A DNA stretch of 64,000 nucleotides from an uncultured delta proteobacterium (GTDB lineage: Bacteria; Desulfobacterota; RBG-13-43-22), in NCBI GenBank assembly GCA_963802945.1, contig CAWDKY010000017.1, forward strand, positions 256,001-320,000. The letters are read 5' to 3'. The first letter of the stretch is position 1. Each line of letters starts with the position of its first letter. Below the pieces are notes generated by a model, which saw only the letters and a program-made list of their open reading frames with translations, did no database searches and was not told the DNA's origin. Shown piece by piece: positions 19,901-30,127 of the stretch. The position numbers were made by a program, and so were the translations under genes.

Positions 19901-21061
19901 ATGGAAGACAGAAAAAAAATAAATGTTCTTTTTATAATAGCTGACCTTAAAATCGGCGGTGCGGAAAAAGTACTGTTGAACCTTGTTAATAATTTAGATG
20001 CTCAAAAATTTAAGGCCGTCATTTTTTCACTCGGTGCACCCGATGATCCCCTTGTTAACTTGATTCGGCCTGAAGTGCAAAAAGAAGTGTATCCAAGGAA
20101 ATGGCGCTATGATATGTCGCCAGCTAATGAACTTATTCGTATTGTTGAAGAAAAAGAAATTGAAACGATCATTTCTTTTGGACTATTTCCTGCAATTTAT
20201 TGTCGTAAGGTACTCATTCGCCGGCCTTCTTTACAATTGGTGATATCGATCCATTCGACGAAACCAAGGAATCTAAAAGATCTTTTTCAGAAATATATCA
20301 TTCCTCGCCAACTTCCTTCAAATACAAGATATATTGCAATATCTAATAATCAGAGAGAATATTACGTAAGGAAGTTTTTCATAAATACAAATCGTTTCCA
20401 TACTATTTTTAATGGAGTGGATTCAACATTTTGGTGTCCTGCTCATAAAGCATTTGATAGAAAACTTAATCGTGAAAAATGGGGTATCCCTGAAAATGCT
20501 ATTGTAATTACCAATGTATCACTTTTTCGTCAAGAGAAACGGCATGACCTAATGCTTCAAGCTTTTGCCCGGATTCAAAAACAAAAGAATCTAGTTCCAA
20601 TATATCTACTTCTTGTTGGGGGCGGAAACGAAAAATATGAATCTAATATTAAGAAATTAGCACAAAATTTAGGAATTGCGAAAAAGGTCATATTTTCAGG
20701 GATACAATCTGATGTCCGTAGTTTTTATTGGTTGTCTGATATGTTTACACTTGCGTCAACGGAGATTGAGACATTTTCTTTAGCTGCGCTTGAAGCAATG
20801 TCAACAGGCTTACCTTGTGTTCTAACGGAGATTGGAGGAGCGAATGAAATGATAAGACCTGGAATAAATGGATTTCTTGTAAAACCCGGTTCTATTGATG
20901 GGCTTGTCAATGGGTGGGAGCGATGCATTCAAAGGCTTCCATTGTTTGATGCTAATAAAATACGTGATATCATCGTGAACCAATTTGATTTAAGGAGTTG
21001 CGTGCATAATTATGAAAAATTTTTACAGGAAATCGTTTCGCTCGAAGTTAAAGGAAGATAA
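19901..21061 (+). CDS. GT4 glycosyltransferase
   Basis: GGAE, IFNGVD, EKRH, ETFSLAALEAM; AT-rich. Confidence 0.9.
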   Translation: MEDRKKINVLFIIADLKIGGAEKVLLNLVNNLDAQKFKAVIFSLGAPDDPLVNLIRPEVQKEVYPRKWRYDMSPANELIRIVEEKEIETIISFGLFPAIYCRKVLIRRPSLQLVISIHSTKPRNLKDLFQKYIIPRQLPSNTRYIAISNNQREYYVRKFFINTNRFHTIFNGVDSTFWCPAHKAFDRKLNREKWGIPENAIVITNVSLFRQEKRHDLMLQAFARIQKQKNLVPIYLLLVGGGNEKYESNIKKLAQNLGIAKKVIFSGIQSDVRSFYWLSDMFTLASTEIETFSLAALEAMSTGLPCVLTEIGGANEMIRPGINGFLVKPGSIDGLVNGWERCIQRLPLFDANKIRDIIVNQFDLRSCVHNYEKFLQEIVSLEVKGR

Positions 21062-21158
21062 TAGAAAAATATATTATAACGAAAAACGCCAAGACCACGT
21101 CAATCTTCCCGGCCGTTCGGTAAGAGGCGAAATGATCAACGATAGCAGAGAGCCTCAA

Positions 21159-22637
21159 CTAGACATTCAACTTTTGTTTAATTCTTTCAATAAAAAGTCT
21201 GGGATGGCCGGAATAATATCTAAATTTTCTGAGATAGGAATTATAAGAGGCTTTCATTTTTTTGTTATGTTTATCTACAATTTCTGCTAAACTTTGGACT
21301 AATTGAAAATATTTTTCCCTGTCAATGTTCTTACAAAAATAATTCTCAAGCGATTGGTGAGAGTATTTGGACCAATCCAACTTCGTATCAATCATGCCCA
21401 TTTCTTTTGCCCTTTCATAACTTTCGCATCCTGGATAAGGAGTAAAAACAGAGAAACAAAGCGTGGTAGCAGTTGAATTTTTTGCATACTCAATTGTTTT
21501 TAATATATCTTCTTCCGTCTCCTCAGGAAATCCCACCATAAGAAAAACACCATAATTCATATTATGTTTAACTAAAAGGGAAAAAGCCTGGTAACATGTC
21601 TCCATGGTAATGTTCTTCTTAATTATATTCAACATTCTATTACTCGCCGTTTCTAAACCAATATCAATTGAAAAACAACCAGCAGCTTTCATTTTTGAAA
21701 GCAATTTGTCATCAAGAAGATCTGCTCGTGTTGTGCATTCCCATGGTAAATTGATTTTATTTGTAATAATTTTATCAAGTAATTCTTCTGTTCGACTCCT
21801 ATTCACTGTAAAACTGTCATCCCAAAAAAAATAAGAAGGGATTGCATATTTATTTTTCAACATAATTATCTCTTCTATTACATTATCCACATCACGATAT
21901 CTTACTTTTCTAGTCCAAGTAGTTTTCGCACTACAAAATGTGCAGTCATAAGGGCAACCTCGACTGGTTATAATAGACGAGATATTATCTTTTGAATACC
22001 GATTTATCCCAAGGAAATCTTCTCTGTCAGGAAAGGGGAAATTGTTGATGTCCTTCTCTAACGGTCTGTCAGCATTATGAATTATTTTCCCTTCAACCTT
22101 AAATGACAATCCTTCAATTTCAGTAAAAACATTTTTGTTGGACCTGATGGTTTTACATAATTCATGAAGCGTGTGCTCCCCCTCTCCCCTAACAACAAAG
22201 TCAACTATATTAAAGGATAGTAGTTCATCGGGTGCTATAGTTGCATGAGGTCCTCCTAAAACCACCTTACACCCAGAATCGTATTCCTTTGCTATTTGCG
22301 CAACCTTAATTGCGCTAGGAAGTTTGGCGCTCATAACAGTTATGCCGATAACTTCAGGTTTTGATTTTGAAATTATTTCTGCAATCTCGGACCAGATTTC
22401 ATGGTGATCGTTGTCTAAGGCCTCAATATACATGGGGTGCCGGTTCAATAACTCATTATAAGATGGTGAGGAAATATTCTCCTTTTCTCCTTCTTTGGGT
22501 AAATCGGCATTGTAAACTGACGCAGATATATCATTTGTTTTCAAATATCGGGTAAGGTATCCTAACCCAAGAGGAATATAGGCCATATTAATGCCCATGA
22601 ATCTCATATAAGGGGGATTTATTAATAGAATTTTCAT
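21159..22637 (-). CDS. cobalamin-binding (class B) radical SAM enzyme
   Basis: KILLINPP, PLGLGYL, LGGPHAT, VRGEGE, SRGCPYDCTFC, DDSF, GLET, PYPG; AGGAGG RBS. Confidence 0.92.
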   Translation of the reverse strand: MKILLINPPYMRFMGINMAYIPLGLGYLTRYLKTNDISASVYNADLPKEGEKENISSPSYNELLNRHPMYIEALDNDHHEIWSEIAEIISKSKPEVIGITVMSAKLPSAIKVAQIAKEYDSGCKVVLGGPHATIAPDELLSFNIVDFVVRGEGEHTLHELCKTIRSNKNVFTEIEGLSFKVEGKIIHNADRPLEKDINNFPFPDREDFLGINRYSKDNISSIITSRGCPYDCTFCSAKTTWTRKVRYRDVDNVIEEIIMLKNKYAIPSYFFWDDSFTVNRSRTEELLDKIITNKINLPWECTTRADLLDDKLLSKMKAAGCFSIDIGLETASNRMLNIIKKNITMETCYQAFSLLVKHNMNYGVFLMVGFPEETEEDILKTIEYAKNSTATTLCFSVFTPYPGCESYERAKEMGMIDTKLDWSKYSHQSLENYFCKNIDREKYFQLVQSLAEIVDKHNKKMKASYNSYLRKFRYYSGHPRLFIERIKQKLNV

Positions 22638-22690
22638 TATTGGACCTCCTTAGCATTTATTTCCATTTAGATTAAAAATTGAACTTGCAA

Positions 22691-22820
22691 TTCCCCGAAT
22701 CTTGATGCGGGGATACCAATTAAGTCCTCTCCCATCAAGGGAGAGGATTTAGGTGAGGGTGAAATTGAAATAAGATTTTTATCCTCTGATACCCCGCAGC
22801 TTACTGCGGGGAGGTTCATT
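22691..22820 (+). mobile_element. palindromic element with the same terminal hairpins as 16374/24181 but a different interior containing a REP-like hairpin
   Basis: Left CCCCGAATCTTGATGCGGGG; inner CCTCTCCC-ATCAA-GGGAGAGG (22726..22746); right GATACCCCGCAGCTTACTGCGGGGAGGTTCA. Confidence 0.6.
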
Positions 22821-23165
22821 TTTAGAACTGATAACTATTAAATTTTATGTTAGTTTCCATATTTTTACCACTTTACTGGAAAAGGTGTCATTTAGTTAGA
22901 AAAATTTCTATTGAAGCGGAACATAATCGAAAATTATTTTTGCAATAATACAGGGGAAGAGCTTTACATTATTAATTTATTATGCTGAGGTACTTTCAAA
23001 ACTCCAGAGAAGTGAATAAAAAAAGACACAATATTCACAGGAGTAGTCATTCTCTTAGTAGTTTTGCAATTTCTCTGTTTAAAAGATAGTTTTTCTGGCA
23101 ATTTCTTAAAATTTAGAGAGAGATATCCTTTGTACCTGTATGATCTCTGTTCTTTGACAATTAAG

Positions 23166-24040
23166 TCAGGTTTCCAGTTTGGGCAATTGATCTGCAAAGA
23201 TGGTGATGACTCCGAACAGAAGATGCAGCTTTACCTTTTCTGCTCCTCGAACCATGACATTACGGCCTCCAAAATATTCTTTCAATCGGCCGTTGAACCA
23301 TTCCGCCGTTGCCCGTTCATTATATCTTCTGACCTCATGGGGAGTCATGGGGATAACGTCCTTACCGCGAGAATTCTTATCGATTATGGGTACATGTCCC
23401 AGAGTTCTTCTGACTTCATAGATAGATCCAGCGTCATAAGCCGAATCCCCAAATCATAAAGATAAACCACTTTGGAACTGGACAACTTCATTAACGGTAT
23501 AGCTATTTGGCTGTCGTGGAGCGATGCTGCGGTCAAGACAACACTCACCGCTAATCATTGACATCGGCCTGGAGTTTATACTCGACCTAGGTCTCTTTGT
23601 ACCCCTTAGAGTTCTTATTGGTCCCTACATCACAGTAAACCGGTAATTCTTTTAGGGCTTTTTCGGCGGAACCTAATCAAGCGTTTGTCTTACTTCTTGG
23701 CTACAAAAGCCCGGGCTATCGCTTGTCGCTCAAGAATCTTTCTCCCCATCCATTGATTTAAAGAACTCCGGGGTACATATCTTTCAATCTTAACCAGTTT
23801 CCATATCGTCAGAAGGCGTTGCTCCTTTTTAGTTAAAGGCTGTTCCCAACATTCTTCTAATTCCGAAAATAAACCTTGTTGCAATCTACCCCTCAACCAT
23901 AATATTTTTTCCCAGAGCATCATCGGTGTCTCCTGTGTTTTTTTGTGTTCTTTCTAGACATCATTTTATCACAGAACCGCCGGTGTGGCTCACCCTTTAT
24001 GCTTATCTATTCCCTGCAAATAGACTTTTGCAACAGGCTC
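23166..24040 (-). mobile_element. decayed DDE insertion sequence (IS5/IS1182-like transposase pseudogene)
   Basis: Fragments ..RQAIARAFVAK, a SLHDSQ-type segment, a DAGYG-type segment and RYNERATAEWFNGRLKEYFGGRNVMVRGAEKVKLHLLFG; IR-like GAGCCTGTTGCAAAA at 24040..24026. Confidence 0.75.
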
Positions 24041-24174
24041 ATTCTTTTTGGGGATTAAATTGCTAATGCTGGCTTGTAAGCACCATAACAAAATCAGGAC
24101 GTCTTTTCAAACACTAATTACATTAAAACAATTTATTATAGTCTGGTTATTGGGTTCGAAATTTTAACTCGTAA

Positions 24175-24286
24175 TTCCCCGTAACTTGCTACGGGGCACC
24201 AAAAAGGATGAGTTCGAGAAACCCTTGGTTTCTCGATTAAAGAAATTTAGCATTCGATACCACGCAGCTTGCTGCGGGGAGGTTCA
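24175..24286 (+). mobile_element. palindromic element, copy 2
   Basis: CCCCGTA-ACTTGC-TACGGGG, TCGAGAAACC-CTT-GGTTTCTCGA, CGCAGC-TT-GCTGCG-GGGAGGTTCA. Confidence 0.65.
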
Positions 24287-24350
24287 ATTTAAAGCAAAAA
24301 ATTTCGATGGGAGATAACATCAATATTTGTTAAAATAAGTCCACGGCAAT

Positions 24351-24835
24351 TGAAATTCCCAAAGATCCTCGTAGATATATGGCCGTGCATGGAGGTTGGT
24401 CGGTTTGGCCATCCTCCGCCGACTCAAGAGGAAGGATTCAACCGGATTCTGAGCGTTACCCGGGATCAATTGGATCTGCGTGAACAGGGAGCGGTGAATT
24501 AGTAGTTCAGGGCCAATCGACCGGAATTTGTCTTATTGGTGGCTGGCACCGTCGGGGGGATTTTGGCTAAATACCACCAGGCCGGCGGAATTTATTTATG
24601 ACAATATGATGATCCATGCCACCGTAGTCCTTACGGCTTATTTTTTTAAAGTCAACAAACTCCTTTATCTCGGGAGCTCCTGCATTTACCCTCGGGAATG
24701 TCCGCAGCCCATTAAAGATGAATATCTTCTAACCAACCTTTTTGAGCCGACCAACGAGTCCTGTGCCATTGCCAAGATCGCTGGCATAAGCTCTTCCAGG
24801 CCTATCACCGTCAATATGGTTGTAACTTCATGCCT
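24351..24835 (+). pseudogene. fcl: GDP-L-fucose synthase remnant
   Basis: Across frames: RDQLDLREQ, AGTVGGILA, RPAEFIYDNMMI, LYLGSSCIYPRECPQPI, EPTNES.AIAKIAG; stops and frameshifts, 3' half missing. Confidence 0.85.
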
Positions 24836-25161
24836 GGAATTTTCTTGGCCCGACGTTTTTGGTAAGAAACAAATTATTTTATTGATTTTAAAGGATTGAA
24901 AACTTATACTGAATTTTAGCGCAATATTTTTCTCGATTACGAAATCGCTAGTAAAAACTTTATGTCCGCAAGCATGACTCACGAAACATGAACATTAATT
25001 AAAGGAATCAAGGATTCAAGTGAAAAGCTTGGAAATTAAAACCCTTGAATCCTTGACTCCTTGCCCCCTTTTTTGCACTATTCAACTGTGATTCCATGTC
25101 GATAAAAAGCCTCTGCAGAATAACACATCGGAGCTTTGTTACTTTGGATTAAGGAGATACC

Positions 25162-26454
25162 ATGGAGATCCTAATCATTCTTCTACTCATGATATTTAAC
25201 GGTTTATTTGCCATGTCTGAGATGGCCGTGGTTGCTTCTCGGAAGGCCAGGCTTCAGCAGTGGGCCAATGAAGGCAACTCACGAGCTCAAATAGCCTTGA
25301 ATCTGGCCCAATCCCCTAACCGTTTTTTATCCACCATCCAGGTGGGTATAACGCTGATCGGCATCCTGGCCGGGGCCTTTGGCGGTACGACCGTGGCCAA
25401 GTCTTTGGAGTTTTATGTAAAAGGGATTCCCTGTCTTGGACAATACAGCCAAGCCATTTCACTGGGGGGTGTGGTCCTTGGAATTACCTATCTCTCCATT
25501 GTTATCGGGGAACTGGTTCCCAAAAGGATGGCCCTAAACAATCCCGAACGGATTGCCTCGTTTATGGCTCTTCCTCTACGATGGGTATCCGATGCCACCC
25601 GCCCTTTGGTTCAGGTATTGACCATTTCTTCTGACTGGATTTTAAAACTATTTGGTTATCAGCCTTCCCTGGAGCCGTCCATCACGGAAGAGGAAATAAA
25701 AATCCTGATCGAGCAGGGCACCCGAGACGGGGTTTTTGCTGAAACGGAAAAAGATATTGTCAAAAGTGTTTTTCGTCTGGCCGATCGTCAAGTCGGTGTT
25801 CTGATGACCCCCCGTCTGGAGATCGTTTGGCTGGATCAGAATGCCCCTATAGAAGAGAATCGGCTGAAAATCATGGGAAATCCTTATTCCCGTTTTCCTG
25901 TAGTCCAAGGCAGTCTGGATAATGTCTTGGGGGTGGTACGGGCCAAGGACCTGCTGGCCCAGGGACTCTCCGGACGACCAATGGATTTGAAGGAAAAAAT
26001 GAGTCCACCGCTTTTTATTCCGGAAAATGCACCGGCCATGCACCTTTTGGAATTGTTCAAAAAATCCCGTCCCCACCTGGCATTGGTGGTGGACGAATAT
26101 GGTGGAATTCAGGGTCTGGTGACTTTGAATGATATTTTAGAATCCATAGTCGGAGAAATCTCCTCTCAGGATCAGTCAACGGAGCCACAGGCAGTTCAAA
26201 GAGAAAATGGCACCTGGCTGATAGACGGGATGATACCTATTGATGAATTTAAAGAGCTTTTTGGCCTGGAACAGTTGCCTGATGAGGGTAGCGGGCACTT
26301 TCAGACCTTGGGCGGTTTTATAATGATGCAAATGGGAAGAGTTCCAAAGCCCGCCGAACATTTCCAATGGGGAGACTTGCGTTTTGAAGTGGCCGACATG
26401 GATGGGAAACGGGTGGATAAGGTCATCATAACCAGGGAGCAAGACAAAGGATGA
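25162..26454 (+). CDS. HlyC/CorC (CNNM-CBS-CorC) membrane protein
   Basis: NGLFAMSE, FLSTIQVGITL, GELVPK, MTPR, YSRFPV, VVDEYGG, DMDGKRVDKV. Confidence 0.93.
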   Translation: MEILIILLLMIFNGLFAMSEMAVVASRKARLQQWANEGNSRAQIALNLAQSPNRFLSTIQVGITLIGILAGAFGGTTVAKSLEFYVKGIPCLGQYSQAISLGGVVLGITYLSIVIGELVPKRMALNNPERIASFMALPLRWVSDATRPLVQVLTISSDWILKLFGYQPSLEPSITEEEIKILIEQGTRDGVFAETEKDIVKSVFRLADRQVGVLMTPRLEIVWLDQNAPIEENRLKIMGNPYSRFPVVQGSLDNVLGVVRAKDLLAQGLSGRPMDLKEKMSPPLFIPENAPAMHLLELFKKSRPHLALVVDEYGGIQGLVTLNDILESIVGEISSQDQSTEPQAVQRENGTWLIDGMIPIDEFKELFGLEQLPDEGSGHFQTLGGFIMMQMGRVPKPAEHFQWGDLRFEVADMDGKRVDKVIITREQDKG

Positions 26455-26464
26455 AGTTCAAAGT

Positions 26465-26656
26465 TCAAATTTTTTTCTCTTCATATTCCCGTTCTTTTTG
26501 AGATTCATTGATCAGACATTGGGACCGAAATTTGCAGTACAGGTTGGGGTCGTTACAGAACACCCCTTCCTCAAAACACTGTCGGCAGTAAGCAATCTGA
26601 TATTTTTGACAAGGGAAGGTCCCTTCCCTATCTGGATGGGTTCGGCAAGCAGGCAT
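26465..26656 (-). CDS. small Cys/His-rich protein (B-box-like zinc finger)
   Basis: MPACRTHPDRE..CQKY..CRQC..CNDP.LYCKFRSQC; start inferred. Confidence 0.6.
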   Translation of the reverse strand: MPACRTHPDREGTFPCQKYQIAYCRQCFEEGVFCNDPNLYCKFRSQCLINESQKEREYEEKKI

Positions 26657-26739
26657 AATAGAAATATATTTTATCATAACTTCCAGGACAAAGAAAATGG
26701 ATTCGTGGCCGGACTTTCTCATTTCTTTCTTTTTTCGTT

Positions 26740-26768
26740 TTGACAACTTATGAAAATCCCTATATAAT
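26740..26768 (+). promoter_or_regulatory. consensus sigma70 promoter upstream of GT2-galE-DUF362
   Basis: TTGACA (26740)-17 bp-TATAAT (26763). Confidence 0.8.
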
Positions 26769-26844
26769 CCTTCAAAAAATAATTAATTTAAACAAAGTAG
26801 ATAGACGAAATAGAACAAATGACCAGACAGACGTAATCAAAGAG

Positions 26845-27546
26845 ATGCTTTTATCCATTATCATTCCGGTATATAATGAAACATTAACCTTAGGGGGCTT
26901 GGTTGAAAAGGTTCGATCTGTAGATCTATCCCTCTTGAATATAGCTACAGAAATTGTCGTCATCGACGACTGCTCCCAGGACGGTACCCTGGAGGTGGCT
27001 CGAAAGCTGGCCGAAGAAGGGAAGATCCGGTTAATAAAGCATGATAAAAATCAGGGTAAAGGAGCAGCCCTGCAATCGGGGTTTCAGGGGGCGAAGGGAG
27101 ACATTATTTTGATCCAGGATGCCGACTTGGAGTATGACCCCGAAGAATATCCTAAATTGTTAAGACCCATCATGGAAGGTAAGGCCGACGTTGTTTATGG
27201 TTCCCGCTTCACGGGTGGAGAGCTCCACCGGGTTCTCTTTTTTTGGCATTATGTCGGAAATAGGTTTCTGACCCTTCTATCCAATATGACGACCAACCTT
27301 AATTTAACTGATATGGAAACCTGCTATAAGGTTTTTCGGTCCGAGGTGCTTAGGTCTATCTCCCTGAAGGAAAAACGGTTTGGTTTCGAACCTGAGGTGA
27401 CAGCCAAAGTCGCCCGGTTGGGATGCCGGATTTATGAGGTTGGAATTTCATATACCGGACGGACTTATAATGAAGGGAAAAAAATCAATTGGAAAGACGG
27501 TGCCCGGGCCCTGTGGTGTATTATAAAGTATGCTGTTATTAAATAA
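26845..27546 (+). CDS. GT2 DPM1-like glycosyltransferase
   Basis: LSIIIPVYNE, IDDCSQDGT, NQGKG, QDADLEYDP, YGSRF, TDMETCYK, FGFEPE. Confidence 0.92.
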   Translation: MLLSIIIPVYNETLTLGGLVEKVRSVDLSLLNIATEIVVIDDCSQDGTLEVARKLAEEGKIRLIKHDKNQGKGAALQSGFQGAKGDIILIQDADLEYDPEEYPKLLRPIMEGKADVVYGSRFTGGELHRVLFFWHYVGNRFLTLLSNMTTNLNLTDMETCYKVFRSEVLRSISLKEKRFGFEPEVTAKVARLGCRIYEVGISYTGRTYNEGKKINWKDGARALWCIIKYAVIK

Positions 27547-27650
27547 TGACAGAAGGATTCGATGGGGCCAGTCACAACTCTGGCGGGATTGAATCCCCGA
27601 ATCCTTGAACTCTTTCTCCCAACAATTTGGGAGAAGAACCAAAGGTTTTT

Positions 27651-28661
27651 ATGAAATACGTATTAGTCACCGGCGGGGCCGGATATATCGGGAGCGTGGT
27701 CTGTCAAACCCTCCTGGAAAGAGGGCACTCCCTAATTATTCTCGATAGTCTGGAAGAAGGGCACAGAGAAGCCTTACCGCCAAAGGGGATTTTTTTCCAG
27801 GGCGATCTGGGGGATGAAGCCCTTTTACAAAAGATTTTTGATTCCTATTCCATTGGTGCGGTGCTTCATTTGGCCGCCTATTGCCTAGTGGGGGAATCGG
27901 TCCAGGATCCGGGAAAATACTATTGGAACAATACATCCAAGGGGCTGGTTCTCTTAAAGGTCATGAGGGCCTTCGGGGTCAAGAAAATAGTCTTTTCCTC
28001 CACGGCGGCCGTCTATGGGGAACCCCTCTCTATCCCGATTGTGGAAACGCACCCGACCCAACCGCTAAATCCCTATGGGCACTCTAAACTCCTCTTTGAA
28101 CAGATCCTGGATTGGTATCAAAAGGCCTATGGATTAAAGTACGTCACCTTCCGTTATTTCAACGCTGCCGGGGCCATAGACCGGCTGGGAGAAGATCACC
28201 ATCCGGAAACCCACCTCATTCCCCTGATTTTTCGCCGGGCACTCAGAGAAGTCCATGGATCATTGGATGAAAGCATTGAAGAACCTCTGACGGTTTTTGG
28301 TTTGGACTACCCGACCCCGGATGGAAGCTGTCTGCGCGATTATATCCATATCCGGGACCTGGCTTTGGCCCATGTCTTGGCCCTGGAAAGATTGGACGCT
28401 CTCCAAGAGCGGATTTTTAATTTAGGAAACGGCCAGGGCTTTTCGGTTTTAGAGGTGATTAAGACCGCCGGCCGGGTTATCGGACAGGGAATTCCCTATC
28501 ATCCAGGAGAGCGCCGCCCGGGAGATCCGGCTGTGTTGGTGGCTTCTTCAGATCAGGCTCGTAAAATTTTGGGTTGGGAGCCCCAGTATCCGGAGTTGAA
28601 GGAAATTATAGCTTCCGCCTGGGACTGGCATCAAAAATTTCCAAAAGGCTATAAAAATTAA
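27651..28661 (+). CDS. galE: UDP-glucose 4-epimerase
   Basis: VTGGAGYIGS, VGESV, FSSTAAVYG, PYGHSK, RYFNAAGA, TPDGSCLRDYIHI, RRPGDP. Confidence 0.93.
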   Translation: MKYVLVTGGAGYIGSVVCQTLLERGHSLIILDSLEEGHREALPPKGIFFQGDLGDEALLQKIFDSYSIGAVLHLAAYCLVGESVQDPGKYYWNNTSKGLVLLKVMRAFGVKKIVFSSTAAVYGEPLSIPIVETHPTQPLNPYGHSKLLFEQILDWYQKAYGLKYVTFRYFNAAGAIDRLGEDHHPETHLIPLIFRRALREVHGSLDESIEEPLTVFGLDYPTPDGSCLRDYIHIRDLALAHVLALERLDALQERIFNLGNGQGFSVLEVIKTAGRVIGQGIPYHPGERRPGDPAVLVASSDQARKILGWEPQYPELKEIIASAWDWHQKFPKGYKN

Positions 28662-28854
28662 AAAAGGATTTCAGGGGTCAAGAAGATTTTTAGTATAAGG
28701 TTCAAGGTGCGGGCTCAAGTTTAAAGGTAATGTAAGAAATCCTTCCCCCAATTCTCTTAAATATTGAAGCTTAAACCTTGTGCTCTACGCCTTGAGTCCT
28801 TTGCTTTAAACCCTGAGCCTTGAACCTTGAACCTTGAACATGTAAAGGATTTTT

Positions 28855-29949
28855 ATGAATCCATCCAAAGTAGCCGTTCTAAAAACCAAACCAGAGACCG
28901 TTTTCAACGATATTCAACGGCTGTGCGAATTGGCCGATCTGAAAAAACATCTTGACCCGGCTCGTCCGGTCATCCTCAAAGATAACATCTCCTGGCATTT
29001 CCCATTTCTGAGTGCCAATACCACTCCCTGGCAGTTGGAAGGGATAATTTTAGCTCTAAAGGAAAGCGGTTATAAAGATTTAGTGGCGGTCCATAATAAA
29101 ACCGTGGTCACCAATCCGGATAAAGGGGGCAGACTCAACAAACTGACACCCATCTATCAAAAATACCATATTCCGGAACTCTATAATTTCAGAAAAGATC
29201 AGATTCGCTGGGTGGTCTATCAGCCGAAAGCCCGCATGAAAGCCCTGAAAGGGATTTTTACCCAAGGGATCTGTATTCCCGAATTCTTTATCGGGAAAAA
29301 CATCGTGCACCTTCCTACAGTTAAAACCCACATCTATACTTCCACTACCGGGGCCATGAAGAATGCCTTTGGCGGTCTGCTGAATACTAAACGCCATTAC
29401 ACCCACAGTGTGATCCATGAAACCCTGGTGGATCTCCTAGCCATCCAGAAGGAAATCCATTCCGGGATCTTCGCCTTGATGGATGGAACCGTTTGCGGCT
29501 CCGGCCCTGGACCAAGGACCATGACCCCGGTTGAAAAAGACTTTATGCTGGCTTCTGGAGACAGTGTAGCCATTGATGCGCTAGCTGCCAGGATGATGGG
29601 TTTTTCTCCCTTAACCCTGCCCTTTATTCGTTTGGCCCAGGAAGAAGGTCTGGGGCAAGGAAGATTTGAAGACATCGAAGTCCTTGGGGACGATGTATCC
29701 AAAGAAAATTTCGGTTTTCAAGTCGGAGATAACTTCGCCAGTAATATTGGGGACTTGCTGTGGTTCAGTCCTTTTCGTAAATATCAAAAGCTTTTTTTCC
29801 GTACCCCATTAGTTTACCTCTTTATCTTTGGCTCCTTTTTTTATCATGATTTCATCTGGTGGCCTTTCAAGGGCAAAAGCCTTATGAGAAAATTGGAAAA
29901 GGAATCCAAATGGGGCAGGTATTTTTCGACCTATCCTGACCTTCCTTAA
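28855..29949 (+). CDS. DUF362-domain protein
   Basis: ILKDN, ANTTPWQ, LPTVKTH, TGAMKNAFG, G.GP, D.VAIDA. Confidence 0.8.
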   Translation: MNPSKVAVLKTKPETVFNDIQRLCELADLKKHLDPARPVILKDNISWHFPFLSANTTPWQLEGIILALKESGYKDLVAVHNKTVVTNPDKGGRLNKLTPIYQKYHIPELYNFRKDQIRWVVYQPKARMKALKGIFTQGICIPEFFIGKNIVHLPTVKTHIYTSTTGAMKNAFGGLLNTKRHYTHSVIHETLVDLLAIQKEIHSGIFALMDGTVCGSGPGPRTMTPVEKDFMLASGDSVAIDALAARMMGFSPLTLPFIRLAQEEGLGQGRFEDIEVLGDDVSKENFGFQVGDNFASNIGDLLWFSPFRKYQKLFFRTPLVYLFIFGSFFYHDFIWWPFKGKSLMRKLEKESKWGRYFSTYPDLP

Positions 29950-30001
29950 TTTAATTTCAGCCAAAGTTATCCTCTACCCCATTTTTGTTACTTTGATAGC
30001 T

Positions 30002-30127
30002 TTGAAAAAGGTTTAATTTTGTTTTAGGTTAAGGATGGTGAAAATTTTGCCGAAAAATACATACTGTATTTCGAGGATTAAAATTTGAGTTTGACACAGA
30101 GATTGGGTAAAAGGGGACGTTTTTCAA
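30002..30127. mobile_element. MITE-like repeat overlapping the purB stop codon
   Basis: Terminal inverted TTGAAAAA / TTTTTCAA and central hairpin AATACA-TAC-TGTATT; single copy here. Confidence 0.45.

Noticed and set aside
28664-28840. CRISPR array or VNTR
   Set aside because: The units are 7 nt, degenerate and inverted, with no unique spacers and no cas genes; no CRISPR array was seen in the window.
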